A DNA stretch of 64,000 nucleotides, from NCBI GenBank assembly GCA_016193315.1, contig JACPSJ010000001.1, forward strand, positions 535,478 to 599,477, read 5' to 3'. How positions within the stretch are numbered: the stretch's first letter is position 1; each line of letters begins with the position of its first letter. The translations under genes and the position numbers were made by a program. The DNA comes from Candidatus Kerfeldbacteria bacterium (GTDB lineage: Bacteria; Patescibacteriota; Patescibacteriia; SBBC01; CAIJZX01). The notes below the pieces were generated by a model. That model worked only from the letters and a program-made list of their open reading frames with translations, was not told where the DNA came from and searched no databases. Below, in pieces: positions 36,845 through 47,621 of the stretch.

Positions 36845-39001
36845 CTATTTCAGGACAACCTGGAATTGGCGGGAACGCTCGGATGTTGTCACCCAAACAG
36901 CCTGGCGCCCATCTCGCTGGCTTGAAGCGAGGGGCGCGAATTCTCGAACCTTGCGCGACCCCGGATCGAACGATAAAGTCCATCGGCGTTCGACCGTTCC
37001 TGGTTGTTTTTGCCAGATCATATTCCATAACCCGTGATCAGTGATCTGATCGAAGGGCACGGTATAGGTAAAGGTGATCGTTTGTTGCTGGCCGGGCGGC
37101 AGCAAGCTCCAGGCGCCGAAAACGCGCTTGCCGTTTTCGGCACTGAAACGGAAATGGTTGGTCGAATCGACCAGGACTTGACCTTCAGCCCGCTGAAGTT
37201 TCGACGATGGGGTGGTGCCAGGAGACGCGGTTTGGAAAAAACCCGCTGGCGGCGTCGAGGCGCCAGTGATCGACCCCAGCTGGGCTGAGGCCGGAACATA
37301 GATTCGCAGGAAGTCGTGGTTTGGTTGGAACCCGAGCGGATCGTCGGCTTGGCCGCCATGGACACGGGTCACCTTAACCGTGTGGCGAAGCAGACCGCTA
37401 TCGAGGGTGACGGCAATATCAACGTTTTCGGTCACTACACGATCTGTCTTCCCGCCGCCCAGATTACTATCAACCACGGACAGATAATCACCGTCGGTCT
37501 GGATAACGGCACCATTCCACCCTAGTTCGGCCACCGTCTGTCCGAAGTCAGGATCCTCGCTGGCCAGCATGATATTGGCCTGAGCGGCGTGAGACAAGAT
37601 CGTCACCACGGCCTCCAGTGCCTCGGCCGTGGGCAGTGAGCCAACGGACTGCAGCAGGACGGGAATAAGATCGAGAATGAACTGCTTCGGGTTATTGAGC
37701 GCTCGATCGAATTTTAATTCGACTTGCTGTTCCGTCGCGCGGACGAAGTTGTCGGCGGTCACGGCCACGTCATACCCCGGTGGGCGGAGCGGTCCGGTCA
37801 GGCGTAGTAAATCCTCGACCACGGCCGGGCTGAGCGCGATTACACCGTCCGGTCGAAAACCGCGGGCCTGCTCGTAGAAATCAAGCATGAACGAGGCTGA
37901 TGTCGGCCAGTCAAGAAACCAGTTGGCGTCATGGAATGCCCAGTACGGCGCCACCGCCAGCAGCGGTTCTGGTGGCCGCGTGGTATGCGGCGTCGTCGCC
38001 GTCAAGTCAAACGGGCCGGTCGCTGGCGCATCGACAATCCTCATCCGGCCACGGTCAAACTTGACGAGCACAAAAGTACCGGCAAACCCTCCGCTGGGCC
38101 GCAACTCATCATCATTCTGAAACACGACCAAATACTCTTGGGCTTGGTGCTGGGCAAACAAGCCGGTCAATAATCGACCAACCTGCTCGACCGCTCGGCC
38201 GTCAGGGAAGAATGACTGCTCGACCAGCTGCCACCAGCGCACCATTCTGGCGTAGTCGGCTGGCAGGACATCTGGATCGACCGATCGAAGAGCCCGTTCG
38301 GCCACGGCCAGATCGTTCACCACCGCAGTTAATGTGGCCGGCGCGCTGAAAATGGGCGTCAAAAACCCTAAGGATCCCTCCCATCCCTGAATCACGTCAC
38401 GCGGGGCGTTGGAGTGCGGGCGGGGGGCCGATGCCAGGGCTGTAGTCGCTCGTTGCCCGGCCTGGGCTAACGACTGGCCAGCCTGCGCTAGGGAACGAGC
38501 CGTCCGATATCGATTCCCGAGGCCGGGTAGGAACTCGACCATTGACGGTGGCAACCCCAACGGTCCTTGGAGGTCCGGCTCGATTCGCCCAAACAAGCGT
38601 TCGGCCTCGGCAAAATGCTGCCGCGCCGTAGCGACTTGATACTCGCGCCACGCCATCAGGCCAGCCTGAAGTTCTGACGCCGCCTGCTGTCCCCGGGTGG
38701 CCACCTGTCCGGCGGCCTGAGCGAACCGCGCGACGCCGACAATCGCTACGGCCGGGATGATAACCACCAACCCAACCACCAGAAAAAAGAAACTCTGCCG
38801 ACGGATTGACCCCCAGTCGCGGGCGGCGGCTGGCATATGCCAGGCGGCCGCCGGCCGCCGACGGAAGTGGCGACCTAAGTCCGGACGCGGAAGACGGCGC
38901 CGGTTTTCGGCCGCTTCCACCTGACGTTCCGCCACGATCTGGCGTAGATCGAGAACGTTGTGATCAGGAACGGGCGGGTGAACGTTTGGCGAGCTGCTCA
39001 T
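36845..39001 (-). CDS. DUF4012 domain membrane-anchored protein
   Basis: YLVVFQNDDELRPSGGFAG, DANWFLDWPTSA, DGVIA, NLGGGKTD, QKQPG. Confidence 0.85.
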   Translation of the reverse strand: MSSSPNVHPPVPDHNVLDLRQIVAERQVEAAENRRRLPRPDLGRHFRRRPAAAWHMPAAARDWGSIRRQSFFFLVVGLVVIIPAVAIVGVARFAQAAGQVATRGQQAASELQAGLMAWREYQVATARQHFAEAERLFGRIEPDLQGPLGLPPSMVEFLPGLGNRYRTARSLAQAGQSLAQAGQRATTALASAPRPHSNAPRDVIQGWEGSLGFLTPIFSAPATLTAVVNDLAVAERALRSVDPDVLPADYARMVRWWQLVEQSFFPDGRAVEQVGRLLTGLFAQHQAQEYLVVFQNDDELRPSGGFAGTFVLVKFDRGRMRIVDAPATGPFDLTATTPHTTRPPEPLLAVAPYWAFHDANWFLDWPTSASFMLDFYEQARGFRPDGVIALSPAVVEDLLRLTGPLRPPGYDVAVTADNFVRATEQQVELKFDRALNNPKQFILDLIPVLLQSVGSLPTAEALEAVVTILSHAAQANIMLASEDPDFGQTVAELGWNGAVIQTDGDYLSVVDSNLGGGKTDRVVTENVDIAVTLDSGLLRHTVKVTRVHGGQADDPLGFQPNHDFLRIYVPASAQLGSITGASTPPAGFFQTASPGTTPSSKLQRAEGQVLVDSTNHFRFSAENGKRVFGAWSLLPPGQQQTITFTYTVPFDQITDHGLWNMIWQKQPGTVERRWTLSFDPGSRKVREFAPLASSQRDGRQAVWVTTSERSRQFQVVLK

Positions 39002-40094
39002 AGACAGTCAGCGTCTGACGAGCCAGGGTGGACCAGGAGAAATACCGTAACCGTTCATGGCCGGACTTGATCAAACGCTGCTGCTCTAGCTTATCACGAA
39101 AGGCCCGGCGGATCGAGTCGGCAATGTCCGCCACCTGCAGCGGATCGAAATACGCCGCCGCCGGGCCAAAGACCTCTGGCAGACAGGAGGCGTTGGCCGC
39201 ATAGACTGGGATGCCGGCGGCCATAGCCTCCAACCCAGGTAAACCGAAACCCTCGGACAACGAGGGGAAGATATAGGCCTGGGCGTACCGGTAGAGCGCG
39301 CTCAGTTCGGCATCGGAAGCGAATCCGAACCAGCAGACACGGTTGATCCCCTGCTGCTCAGCCCAGTCTCGTAGGCGGCGGGAGAAGTAATCCTCCTTCC
39401 CTACGAGCACGAGTTGGCCCTCGATCTCGCTGCTGACCTGTTGCCAGGCCGCCAATAGTCGTTCGAGATTCTTGTGCGGGTAAGAGTTCCCGACATGGAG
39501 AAGGAACGGGCGTTTTACCCCGCGGCGCGCCAAATCGGTGACCAGCACTGGCGACGGCAGTTGGTCAACTCCTTCGTAGGTCACTACTATCCGGTCCGCC
39601 GGCAAAGCAAAACGACGTCTCAGCTCCTGCCGACTGTGTTCGGAAACAGTAATAATTTTCCGCGCTTTCCGGACGGCTTGGCGCAAGACGAGCCGGTAGG
39701 CCGCGAACTTGGCGCGAAAAACAATCGGTTCAAGCGTGGTCGCACGTTCGGTGCGAAACTGATCGAGGATCAGATCGTGGATGGTGACGACAAAGGGTCG
39801 GCGATACAGAATCGGGACATTGAAGTGGGGGACGTGAAGAAGATCAAGACCGGCCCGGTAGTAGAGGGACGGTAAGAACAGTTGTTCCTTGAACGTATAC
39901 CATCGATAGTCAGCCAGAACTTTCCGCCAGTTCGGTTGTTGTGGCCGCCAGCGGTCCCAAGCCTCGGCCCGGAGAAAAACGATGTACTCGTTCCGGTGGT
40001 CAATGGCCTCGAGGTGGTGAATCAGTCGCTCTACATAGCGTCCGATCCCCGTCTCGAGCGGCCCAAAGAACCGAGCATCGATCCCAATGCGCAT
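38964..40094 (-). CDS. GT4 family glycosyltransferase
   Basis: MRIGIDAR, VVTIHDL, PHKNL, FPSLSEGFGLPGLEAM. Confidence 0.92.
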   Translation of the reverse strand: MRIGIDARFFGPLETGIGRYVERLIHHLEAIDHRNEYIVFLRAEAWDRWRPQQPNWRKVLADYRWYTFKEQLFLPSLYYRAGLDLLHVPHFNVPILYRRPFVVTIHDLILDQFRTERATTLEPIVFRAKFAAYRLVLRQAVRKARKIITVSEHSRQELRRRFALPADRIVVTYEGVDQLPSPVLVTDLARRGVKRPFLLHVGNSYPHKNLERLLAAWQQVSSEIEGQLVLVGKEDYFSRRLRDWAEQQGINRVCWFGFASDAELSALYRYAQAYIFPSLSEGFGLPGLEAMAAGIPVYAANASCLPEVFGPAAAYFDPLQVADIADSIRRAFRDKLEQQRLIKSGHERLRYFSWSTLARQTLTVYEQLAKRSPARS

Positions 40095-40711
40095 CAGGAC
40101 GCTGGGAAACGAAGGTAGTGTTGTCCGGTGACCAGCAGTAAACCGAGAACCAAGCTGGTGATCAAGGCCAGCGCGGCCACCAACCACAGGTTTACCCGGT
40201 CGGGAGCGATGACCGGGTCACTATCTACAATCTCAAACAGCGGCTGCCCCTTCGGATCCTGGTTTAACTGATGCGTGCGCTCTTGTAACAGCGGCGGCAT
40301 GGCCGCGGCTACCTGTTCCGCTCGGCGCCTGGTCCGCTCGGAGAAGCGGACGACGATATTCTGGGCCGAATAACGCTTGACGCGGAAACGGGAAGGCAAC
40401 GTGGCTAACGATTGAATTTCGGGATTCACCTTCGCCCGGGCATATATTTCGTTCAACATGGACGGCGTCAAGAACCAACTGACCACGGTCTGCGAAAAGA
40501 GGTCAGCCGCCTGCAAGGCGTAGTAGCCATCATACTGGTAATCCGGCGTTGGTTCCGGCCTGACCCGGTTGACGGCGAACGACTGTGAGACGGCAAAGCG
40601 TGTCGGTCGACCTGCGGCGACCGCGAAGGCCGTCACCGTGGCCACGCCCACGATGGTTATGATCAGCCAGCGCTGACGCCAATAGAGCTGAAGATATTCA
40701 CGCAGTTCCAT
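40094..40711 (-). CDS. Wzz/CapA-like chain-length determinant family membrane protein
   Basis: MELREYL start, two terminal TM helices, YDGYYA; located in a glycosyltransferase cluster. Confidence 0.65.
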   Translation of the reverse strand: MELREYLQLYWRQRWLIITIVGVATVTAFAVAAGRPTRFAVSQSFAVNRVRPEPTPDYQYDGYYALQAADLFSQTVVSWFLTPSMLNEIYARAKVNPEIQSLATLPSRFRVKRYSAQNIVVRFSERTRRRAEQVAAAMPPLLQERTHQLNQDPKGQPLFEIVDSDPVIAPDRVNLWLVAALALITSLVLGLLLVTGQHYLRFPAS

Positions 40712-40720
40712 GACTGTCGC

Positions 40721-41827
40721 TTATGGTAGCTGAGCTTGGTGAGTTTGCCAAGTCTGATCAACGAACCGTCGCAGCTCCTGGCGAAAACGGTCGACGCCGA
40801 AACCGAGCGCCCACCGGCGAATCTGATGCGGGTCAAACCGTTGACGCTGAAACCGGATGACCGTATCGGCCAAGGCTTCCCACTCTTGTTCCTGAAAGAA
40901 GACGCCGGTTTGGCCGGCTTTGACCGACTCAAGAGCCCCCCCGGCGGCGTAAGCGATAACCGGGCGTCCAGTGGCCATGGCCTCGACGGCGGTAATCCCG
41001 AAGTCTTCTTCCTGGGGATACAGAAAAGCGGCGGCCCGGCCATAGAGCTCATTGAGATCCTGGTCAGGAACCCGGCCCAGAAAATCGATGTTCTTCTTGG
41101 CCATGGTCTGCAACTGGGTCATGGCCGGACCGACGCCGAAGATTTTCAGCGGTAACCCCAGCTTGTTGAACGCCTGGATGGCCAAGTCAAAGCGCTTGTA
41201 CGGCACCAGCCGGCCGCCAGTTAAATAGTAGTCCCCTCCCCCCTGGTGGAGAGTGAAGCGTTGAAGATCAACCGGCGGATAGATGACCGCGCTATCACGA
41301 CGGTAGTATTTCTTAATCCGCTGCTGGACCGCACGGCTATTAGCCACGAAGTGGTCGACACGGTCGGCGGCCAAACGATCCCACATCCGCAGCCGGGTCA
41401 GCGACAACGGAATGAGGGCGCGAATCCAGCGGGGGTACGGCAATTCGTCGACGTATTGGTGGGTATCGCTCCACAAATAGCGGGTGGGGCTGTGGAGGTA
41501 ACAGAGATGGAGCGCGCGCGGATCGGTAATGACCCCTTTGGCGAAGGCCGAGGCGCTGGAAATCACCAGATCAAAACCGCGCAGGTCATAGCGCTCCACC
41601 GCGTTCGGCATCAAAGTCACAAACCACTGGTAGTAGCGCACGCCGCCAGGCAGACGTTGAATGAAGGAGGTCCGAATGTCGCGATCACGGAAGGCGGGAT
41701 TCGCCCGCCGCGGGTTGTAGACCAATGTAAACAGTGGCGCCTGCGGGAACATATCCATCAGGACTTGGGCCACGCGCTCGGCGCCCCCATCTTGGGCCAA
41801 ATGCTCATGCACGAGGGCGACGTTCAT
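40721..41827 (-). CDS. GT4 family glycosyltransferase
   Basis: VALVHEHL..GGAERV, HSPTRYLW, RLVPYKR, EDFGITAVEAMATG. Confidence 0.92.
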   Translation of the reverse strand: MNVALVHEHLAQDGGAERVAQVLMDMFPQAPLFTLVYNPRRANPAFRDRDIRTSFIQRLPGGVRYYQWFVTLMPNAVERYDLRGFDLVISSASAFAKGVITDPRALHLCYLHSPTRYLWSDTHQYVDELPYPRWIRALIPLSLTRLRMWDRLAADRVDHFVANSRAVQQRIKKYYRRDSAVIYPPVDLQRFTLHQGGGDYYLTGGRLVPYKRFDLAIQAFNKLGLPLKIFGVGPAMTQLQTMAKKNIDFLGRVPDQDLNELYGRAAAFLYPQEEDFGITAVEAMATGRPVIAYAAGGALESVKAGQTGVFFQEQEWEALADTVIRFQRQRFDPHQIRRWALGFGVDRFRQELRRFVDQTWQTHQAQLP

Positions 41828-43212
41828 CAGGCGGCAGACTTAGTGCTGAGGACGGCCGCCGGAGTCCGCAGCAGGATCTGGGCATCGAGACCGAACGACC
41901 AGTGTTCTATATAATAGGTATCGAGGTGGGCTTCGTCATCGAAACTCAGATTCGAACGCCCAGATATCTGAGCCATCCCGGTAATCCCCGGTTTGATGGT
42001 CAAGAGCTTCTTGTGGTGTTTTTCGTAACGGGCCACTTCGGCCGGCTCATGGGGACGCGGACCAACCAAGCTCATCTGGCCGCGGACAACGTTGATCAGT
42101 TGTGGTAGCTCGTCGATGCTGGTCCGACGAAGGAATTTCCCTAGGCGGGTAATCCGCGGGTCATCTTTAATCTTAAACAAGGGGCCGTCGGCCCGCTCAT
42201 TACGATCCATCAACTGAGGTTTCAGCGCTTCGGCGTCACGAATCATCGAGCGAAACTTCCACAGCCGAAAACGCTTCTGACCTTCCCCCACCCGTTCCAG
42301 ACGGACAAACACCGGACCGGCTGAGTCGAGTTTGATCAGCCCGGCCACGATGGCGCCGGGTACGGCGCAGACGATCAGGCCCAGGGTGGATCCGACGAGA
42401 TCGAAGGTCCGTTTCAAAATCCGACCCCACCCATCGAGTGGCGTTCGCTTCAATTCCATGATCGGCACGCCGGCGACGTAATCCATGTCCACCCGGGCCA
42501 CCTGGGTATCCAGCACGTCGGCCGCGTAGCGGAAACTGACATTAGATTCCAGACAGTGGTCAAGCAACTCCAGCGCTTGGGCCCGACTCAGACCGGCTTC
42601 CGCCTGGATGACTTCATCGACCGTCTGCTGTTGGATGAGCGTTCCCAGTTCGGCCAGCGCGGATGGATCAACCTGGGGGTAGTGCCGGAGAACCCGCACG
42701 CCTAGTTCTGGTCGGCTGTGAAAGGTCGACAGGAGGTGGTTCGTGGTGGCGTCGTTACCGACAATCACTGCTTGCCGAACGCCGACGCCGCGAGTGAGCA
42801 TTAGCCGTTGCACCCCCCGCACCAGCAGGTGGCTGGCCCACAGAAAAAGAATCGACAACACCCAGCCGGCCAGAATAATGAAGCGCGAGGTAAAAAACTC
42901 CCGTCGGAAAAAAATGAAGACGATAATCATCAGCACCCCGGTCGAGGCACCCAAGAAAATGCGGCCCAGCTCACCCGTGACACGACGTTGACGAGTGGCG
43001 TAGACGCCGGCAGCAGCCAAGACCACAATCCAGCCGAGCGCGACGACGAGCACGGTCCGAATATAGCCAGCGAATGGTAGCGGGGTCGCGACCGGCAGGA
43101 GTTGCGCAACCTGGTCGAACCGCAAGGCATACGCCGCCCAGCCGGCCAAGACCAGGACCAGATAATCGAGCGGCACCAACAAAGCCGCCAAGAAGAGATC
43201 AGTGCGTTTCAT
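41827..43212 (-). CDS. Polyprenyl-phosphate sugar-1-phosphate transferase (WcaJ/WbaP-like)
   Basis: [39 protein letters not shown]. Confidence 0.93.
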   Translation of the reverse strand: MKRTDLFLAALLVPLDYLVLVLAGWAAYALRFDQVAQLLPVATPLPFAGYIRTVLVVALGWIVVLAAAGVYATRQRRVTGELGRIFLGASTGVLMIIVFIFFRREFFTSRFIILAGWVLSILFLWASHLLVRGVQRLMLTRGVGVRQAVIVGNDATTNHLLSTFHSRPELGVRVLRHYPQVDPSALAELGTLIQQQTVDEVIQAEAGLSRAQALELLDHCLESNVSFRYAADVLDTQVARVDMDYVAGVPIMELKRTPLDGWGRILKRTFDLVGSTLGLIVCAVPGAIVAGLIKLDSAGPVFVRLERVGEGQKRFRLWKFRSMIRDAEALKPQLMDRNERADGPLFKIKDDPRITRLGKFLRRTSIDELPQLINVVRGQMSLVGPRPHEPAEVARYEKHHKKLLTIKPGITGMAQISGRSNLSFDDEAHLDTYYIEHWSFGLDAQILLRTPAAVLSTKSAA

Positions 43213-43233
43213 GACCGTCTACGTACCTCTCGA

Positions 43234-43854
43234 CCAGACCACCGGTAAGCCGAATTCTGTTCCCGCACCTTTCTGAGCTCAACACCTGATGGTGATGGTT
43301 GACGTGTGGCCGTTGCTCAGAAAGGTGCGGGAGATGATCATCTCTCTTGGAGTGCCATTGCTGACACCCTCTAGCGATCTACCCGTCCCGCTGTCAGGCG
43401 GAACCTATACGATCTTGCACCAGAGAGGGTTTGCCCGCCGTCCGGCTCACGCCGGACCGCCGTGCGCTCTGACCGTCACCGCCTTTCGGCGGGATCCCGC
43501 GGTATGCGGGACACGATTTCACCCTTACTCTTTCCACGCCGGCGAAGCCGCGCTGCGATCCCCCGGTTCATTTATGAACCAGAAGACTGGCCAGTGTCGA
43601 CTCGCGAGAAGTGCCTGAATGAATCAAGCGATGGCATGGAAGGAGCGGTATGTTTCTGTTGCACTCTTCGTCCCGCTATATAGCGGGATCCCTGGGCTTG
43701 GCCCCGACGCCCCGCTCACCGGGGGTCGGGATTACTCCCGGTCGCTGTTAGCGACTCTCTGCTTATCCCGACGCGCTTGCGCGGTCGGCATGGTGTTCGG
43801 ACTTTCCTCCCCGATCGCGCTGACGCGCACCGGAGCGATCATCTAGTGGTCTGG
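43234..43854 (-). ncRNA. rnpB: RNase P RNA, unusually long (621 nt)
   Basis: GAGGAAAGTCCG, AGTGCAACAGAAA, GGGTGAAA, GGCAAACCC and ACAGAATTCGGCTTA conserved regions; P1 CCAGACCAC/GTGGTCTGG. Confidence 0.93.
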
Positions 43855-43868
43855 AAAGAGGCTCAAAC

Positions 43869-43897
43869 AGCGTACTATAATCGAGGCCCGCTGTCAA
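43869..43897 (-). promoter_or_regulatory. Probable rnpB promoter
   Basis: TTGACA-17 nt-TACGCT just upstream of P1. Confidence 0.6.
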
Positions 43898-44064
43898 CCT
43901 ACACCATTTCTTGGGTCGTGAAGATTGCCCCTTCTTTTCAATCTCCACGTCACATCAAATACAGCGGCGTTCGTCGGCTAATAATCAAACCAACACCAAC
44001 GCTGGCTGGCTTGACCTCCGCGCCTTACCAAGTCTACTTTGACGCCGAGACGGGCGACCAAACA

Positions 44065-44556
44065 CTACGGTCGGCGATCAAGATGTGCGGTTCGTCGAAA
44101 GGTGGTGATGTCTATTACGTGCTCGCGCTTATGGCCATAGTTAGCGTAGACGATAAAGTCGTCGAGCGAATACTCCGGGCCGTACCAAGGAATGGTCCCG
44201 ACTTGTCGCAGTCGCTCCGATCCTAATTCCTCAACTAGCCCCGCGACGCGCTGGTGAGCCTGTCCATATTCCGTCAGAATCTCGGCCGCCGAAAGGGCCT
44301 GGCGGTTAGCCACTTGTTGATTGTCAAAACCAACTCGATCACTAATCATGGCCTCGAGTGTTGGTCGCGGCTCGCGTCCCAAAACAAACTTCAAAGCATC
44401 CTCGAGGAACAGTTCGTACGAGGCCAAGTGAGCGGCCATATCTTTGAGTGACCAGCGGCCGGTCACTCCCGCCCGCTGCCAATCTTCCATGGTCAGGCCG
44501 TCAAGCGCCTGATAGACATCGCGGTGGCCATGGGCCAAAATATCCTTGGCGTTCAT
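44065..44556 (-). CDS. DinB/maleylpyruvate isomerase N-terminal family protein
   Basis: WSLKDMAAHL and HKREH metal-binding pattern. Confidence 0.82.
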   Translation of the reverse strand: MNAKDILAHGHRDVYQALDGLTMEDWQRAGVTGRWSLKDMAAHLASYELFLEDALKFVLGREPRPTLEAMISDRVGFDNQQVANRQALSAAEILTEYGQAHQRVAGLVEELGSERLRQVGTIPWYGPEYSLDDFIVYANYGHKREHVIDITTFRRTAHLDRRP

Positions 44557-44575
44557 GGCCGCCGGGAATCCGGGG

Positions 44576-44716
44576 TTAGAGTGTTCGACTCGGGCGTCGG
44601 CCGCGCCGGACGTGTTCGGTCACCGTCGTGCTGGCGTGCTTCTCGACATAGCGCCGGCTGACGAAACGTCCATCCTTGGCGCTACGGAAAACCTTTTTTG
44701 TTCGGCCTCTAGCCAT
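44576..44716 (-). CDS. 46-aa basic small protein
   Basis: RSAKDGRFVSRRYVEKHASTTVTE, a pattern resembling a widespread uncharacterised small-protein family. Confidence 0.6.
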   Translation of the reverse strand: MARGRTKKVFRSAKDGRFVSRRYVEKHASTTVTEHVRRGRRPSRTL

Positions 44717-44777
44717 AAGAAGTAATGGTTGGGCAGGCGAATCAACCTGGTCAATAACTCTACCTCTTTTTGGGCTA

Positions 44778-45512
44778 CTAGTAAACCGCTGGCGTGGGTG
44801 AGGTGAGGCAAATACGGTCCCGGCCGGCTGCCTTGGCCCGGTTGAGCTCGGCATCGGCCGCGGCCAAGAGCTGCTGCCAGGTCATGATCGAGCCAGGCGA
44901 GACTGACGTCAACCCACCACTGACTGTGACTAATCGGCCGCTGGGTCGTACTTTCGGCAGTTGCCGAATCCGTTGGCGGATTCTTTCGGCCGCCACGCTG
45001 GCCGCCGCCACATCTGTCCGCGCGAAGATGACCACAAACTCCTCCCCACCCCAACGAACAACCGCCTCATCAGCAACTACTTCCCACAGATCATCGCTGA
45101 GACGAATCGCCTGCCTGATCGTAGCCGCGACTTGACGCAATACCTCGTCGGCCCCGAGGTGACCGAGTTCGTCATTAATCTTTTTGAAATGGTCGATGTC
45201 GAAGACGGCCAGCGAGATGGGGTGGCCGTGAGTCCTGGCCTCGGCGAGTTCGAACTCGAGGGCATACCGCAGCAGGTCGGAACGCTGAACGCCGGTCTTG
45301 GGGTCACGGGCCAGGTCTTTCAGGAGTTGATAGGCTTCGGCCACTGACACCGCGCCGGATGCCACCTTGCGCTGGAGCATTTCATCTCGGTGATCTGCCA
45401 GGTAGTGCTTAATGACCTGCTCGGCCCGACGACTCAGCCACCGTTGACGATCTTGGTCGACGGCGCGGCTCTGCCGCTGGCCCCGCTCGTCGTCAGATGC
45501 CCGAGGCGGCAT
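44778..45512 (-). CDS. GGDEF-domain diguanylate cyclase
   Basis: DPKTG, DIDHFKKINDELGH, RWGGEEF, AKAAGRD. Confidence 0.9.
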   Translation of the reverse strand: MPPRASDDERGQRQSRAVDQDRQRWLSRRAEQVIKHYLADHRDEMLQRKVASGAVSVAEAYQLLKDLARDPKTGVQRSDLLRYALEFELAEARTHGHPISLAVFDIDHFKKINDELGHLGADEVLRQVAATIRQAIRLSDDLWEVVADEAVVRWGGEEFVVIFARTDVAAASVAAERIRQRIRQLPKVRPSGRLVTVSGGLTSVSPGSIMTWQQLLAAADAELNRAKAAGRDRICLTSPTPAVY

Positions 45513-45906
45513 CAAGCGCGCGATTGACTAAAGCATCGGCCCCGCGATTGGCCTCGCGCGGCACCGCGGAATACGTCACCCGGCCGATCTGGTTTGCCAG
45601 CGAGTGGATCCTGACTACCCACGGCCCCAGATCGCGATGTTTCACCTTGTATTTTCCACGTAGTTGGTGAACAACTAATTCGCTGTCACAATAAACATCG
45701 ACCTGGTCGGCCCCGACGCCCCGGGCATACTCGAGGCCAGCCGCGACCGCTTGGTACTCGGCTTGGTTGTTGGTCGTCACTCCGATGGTCCGGCTGATGG
45801 TGGCAATGATTTGGCCCCCAGCCTTAATCACTACCCCAATGGCCGCCGGCCCCGGGTTGCCCCGGGCCCCACCGTCGGTGTGAAGGATAAGGTGATGAGC
45901 CGTCAT
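45493..45906 (-). CDS. rnhA: Ribonuclease HI family protein
   Basis: TDGGARGNPGPA, TNNQAEY, DSELVV, PREAN..AD. Confidence 0.93.
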   Translation of the reverse strand: MTAHHLILHTDGGARGNPGPAAIGVVIKAGGQIIATISRTIGVTTNNQAEYQAVAAGLEYARGVGADQVDVYCDSELVVHQLRGKYKVKHRDLGPWVVRIHSLANQIGRVTYSAVPREANRGADALVNRALDAASGI

Positions 45907-47621
45907 TGGCCAGGTCGAAAATCAATAATTGTCAGCTGCGGCACACGCCGTCCCTGCCAGTCATCCCAGCGCGGTTCGACGACTAGGTCAACTGATTGGT
46001 TCGGATGAATCTCTCCCTTCCGCGGGCCAAGGCGAAAGCCGATAAACTGTCCGAGCTGGCCCGCTTGGCGACCGGTCAGGCGAAGGTGGTGGTCGTCGTT
46101 CCCGACTGTCCGGACCTCAACCGGCCGAATGCCGGATAGCTGAATCTTCGGACGTTCATGCCCCACCCCAAAGGGGGCCAGACGCTCAATACCGTCAAAG
46201 ACATCTGGGGTTAGATCAACCAGGGTGGCTTCCGTGTCGATGAAAAGCGGACGCTGCGGTTTGGGACGGGCTTCATCATCGCTTCGTAATGACTCGCGAA
46301 ACCAGTGGCTGAAGACCGACCGCTGATCCTTCGAAACAAGGGTAAAGCCGCACGCCCCGGCGTGCCCCCCGAAGCGCTGAAAATGGTGTTCGCCACTCCG
46401 GAGGTGAGCCGTCAAGTCAAAGCCCGGGACCGACCGGCCGGAACCGACCACCTGCTCACCACTGTCGGTCATCACCACCACCGGCCGCCAGACCCGTTCC
46501 ACCAGCCGTCCGGCAATGAGCCCGAGAATCCCCGGCGACCAGTGCGGGGCGTAGGCCACATAGCCGAGCTGGGATCCCTGCCGGGTAACCTGATCCATAG
46601 CTTCGAGCACGGCCAGTTCGGTCAAGCGTTGCCGCTCGAGGTTGATACGTTGTAACTCTTCGGCCAGGGACCGCGCTTCATCTGTCTGCCTAGCCAACAG
46701 CAGCCGGAGAGCCGTCCCGGCGTGTTGCAGGCGCCCGGCGGCATTGAGCCGCGGCGCGACTTGGTAGCCAATCGTGGTTTCGCGTACCTGTTGTAGATCG
46801 CTACCCATGACCGTAAACAGTGCCCGTAGCCCCGGTCGGCGAGTCTGACGGAAGGCCTGCAAGCCGTAGTGCACGAGAATGCGGTTCTCTCCCACCAGCG
46901 GCATCAGGTCGGCGACGGTTGCAATCGCCACTAGATCGAGTAATGACTTCCCCCAACCCGGCGGCACCGAATGGCGCGGCGGTCGTTCGTCAGCCGCCGC
47001 CTGCAACAGACCGCGGGCCAAGGTGAAGGCCACCCCGCCCGAGGCATGGTCTCGGAACGGGTAGGTTTGATCTGGGCGGTGGGGATTGATCAGCGCCAGC
47101 GGGGCCGGCTGATGCGGGGGTACCAGGTGATGATCGAGGACCATGACGTCCAGGCCGCGTTGGCGCGCCTGTTCAATTTCTTCAACATTCGTGGTCCCAC
47201 AATCAACGGCCACCAGGACCGTCGTGCCGGCCGCCGCCAGTGTGTCGATGGCTGCGGTATTGAGGCCATACCCCTCCGCCCGGCGCTCCGGTAGGTACCA
47301 GTTGACTCGGCCGCCCAGGGCCGTCAGCGTCTCCACCAGGATAGCGGTGGCGCAGATGCCGTCGGCGTCATAGTCGCCGTAAATCGTTACCTGCTCGTGG
47401 TCGGTCAACGCCTGCATCAACCGGCCGACGGCCACGTCAAGATCGCGGTACAGGAACGGATCGTCTAACTGTTCATAGTTGGGGTGGAGGAACTCCCGAA
47501 TCGACTGCTGATGGCGAAAGCCACGGGTCCAAAGAATCCGCCCGACTAACGGGGGCAAAGCCGTGGACAGACGTTCGACCGCCGGTGGCTGAGCTCGCAG
47601 CTGCCAATCCCAGCGACTCAT
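45903..47621 (-). CDS. recJ: ssDNA-specific exonuclease RecJ
   Basis: YGDYDADG, DCG, DHH, PRLNAAGRL, GSGRS, GGH. Confidence 0.96.
   Translation of the reverse strand: MSRWDWQLRAQPPAVERLSTALPPLVGRILWTRGFRHQQSIREFLHPNYEQLDDPFLYRDLDVAVGRLMQALTDHEQVTIYGDYDADGICATAILVETLTALGGRVNWYLPERRAEGYGLNTAAIDTLAAAGTTVLVAVDCGTTNVEEIEQARQRGLDVMVLDHHLVPPHQPAPLALINPHRPDQTYPFRDHASGGVAFTLARGLLQAAADERPPRHSVPPGWGKSLLDLVAIATVADLMPLVGENRILVHYGLQAFRQTRRPGLRALFTVMGSDLQQVRETTIGYQVAPRLNAAGRLQHAGTALRLLLARQTDEARSLAEELQRINLERQRLTELAVLEAMDQVTRQGSQLGYVAYAPHWSPGILGLIAGRLVERVWRPVVVMTDSGEQVVGSGRSVPGFDLTAHLRSGEHHFQRFGGHAGACGFTLVSKDQRSVFSHWFRESLRSDDEARPKPQRPLFIDTEATLVDLTPDVFDGIERLAPFGVGHERPKIQLSGIRPVEVRTVGNDDHHLRLTGRQAGQLGQFIGFRLGPRKGEIHPNQSVDLVVEPRWDDWQGRRVPQLTIIDFRPGQ

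Noticed and set aside
43289-44226. ORFs overlapping 43.3-44.2 kb
   Set aside because: They overlap rnpB or its promoter and have no protein motifs.
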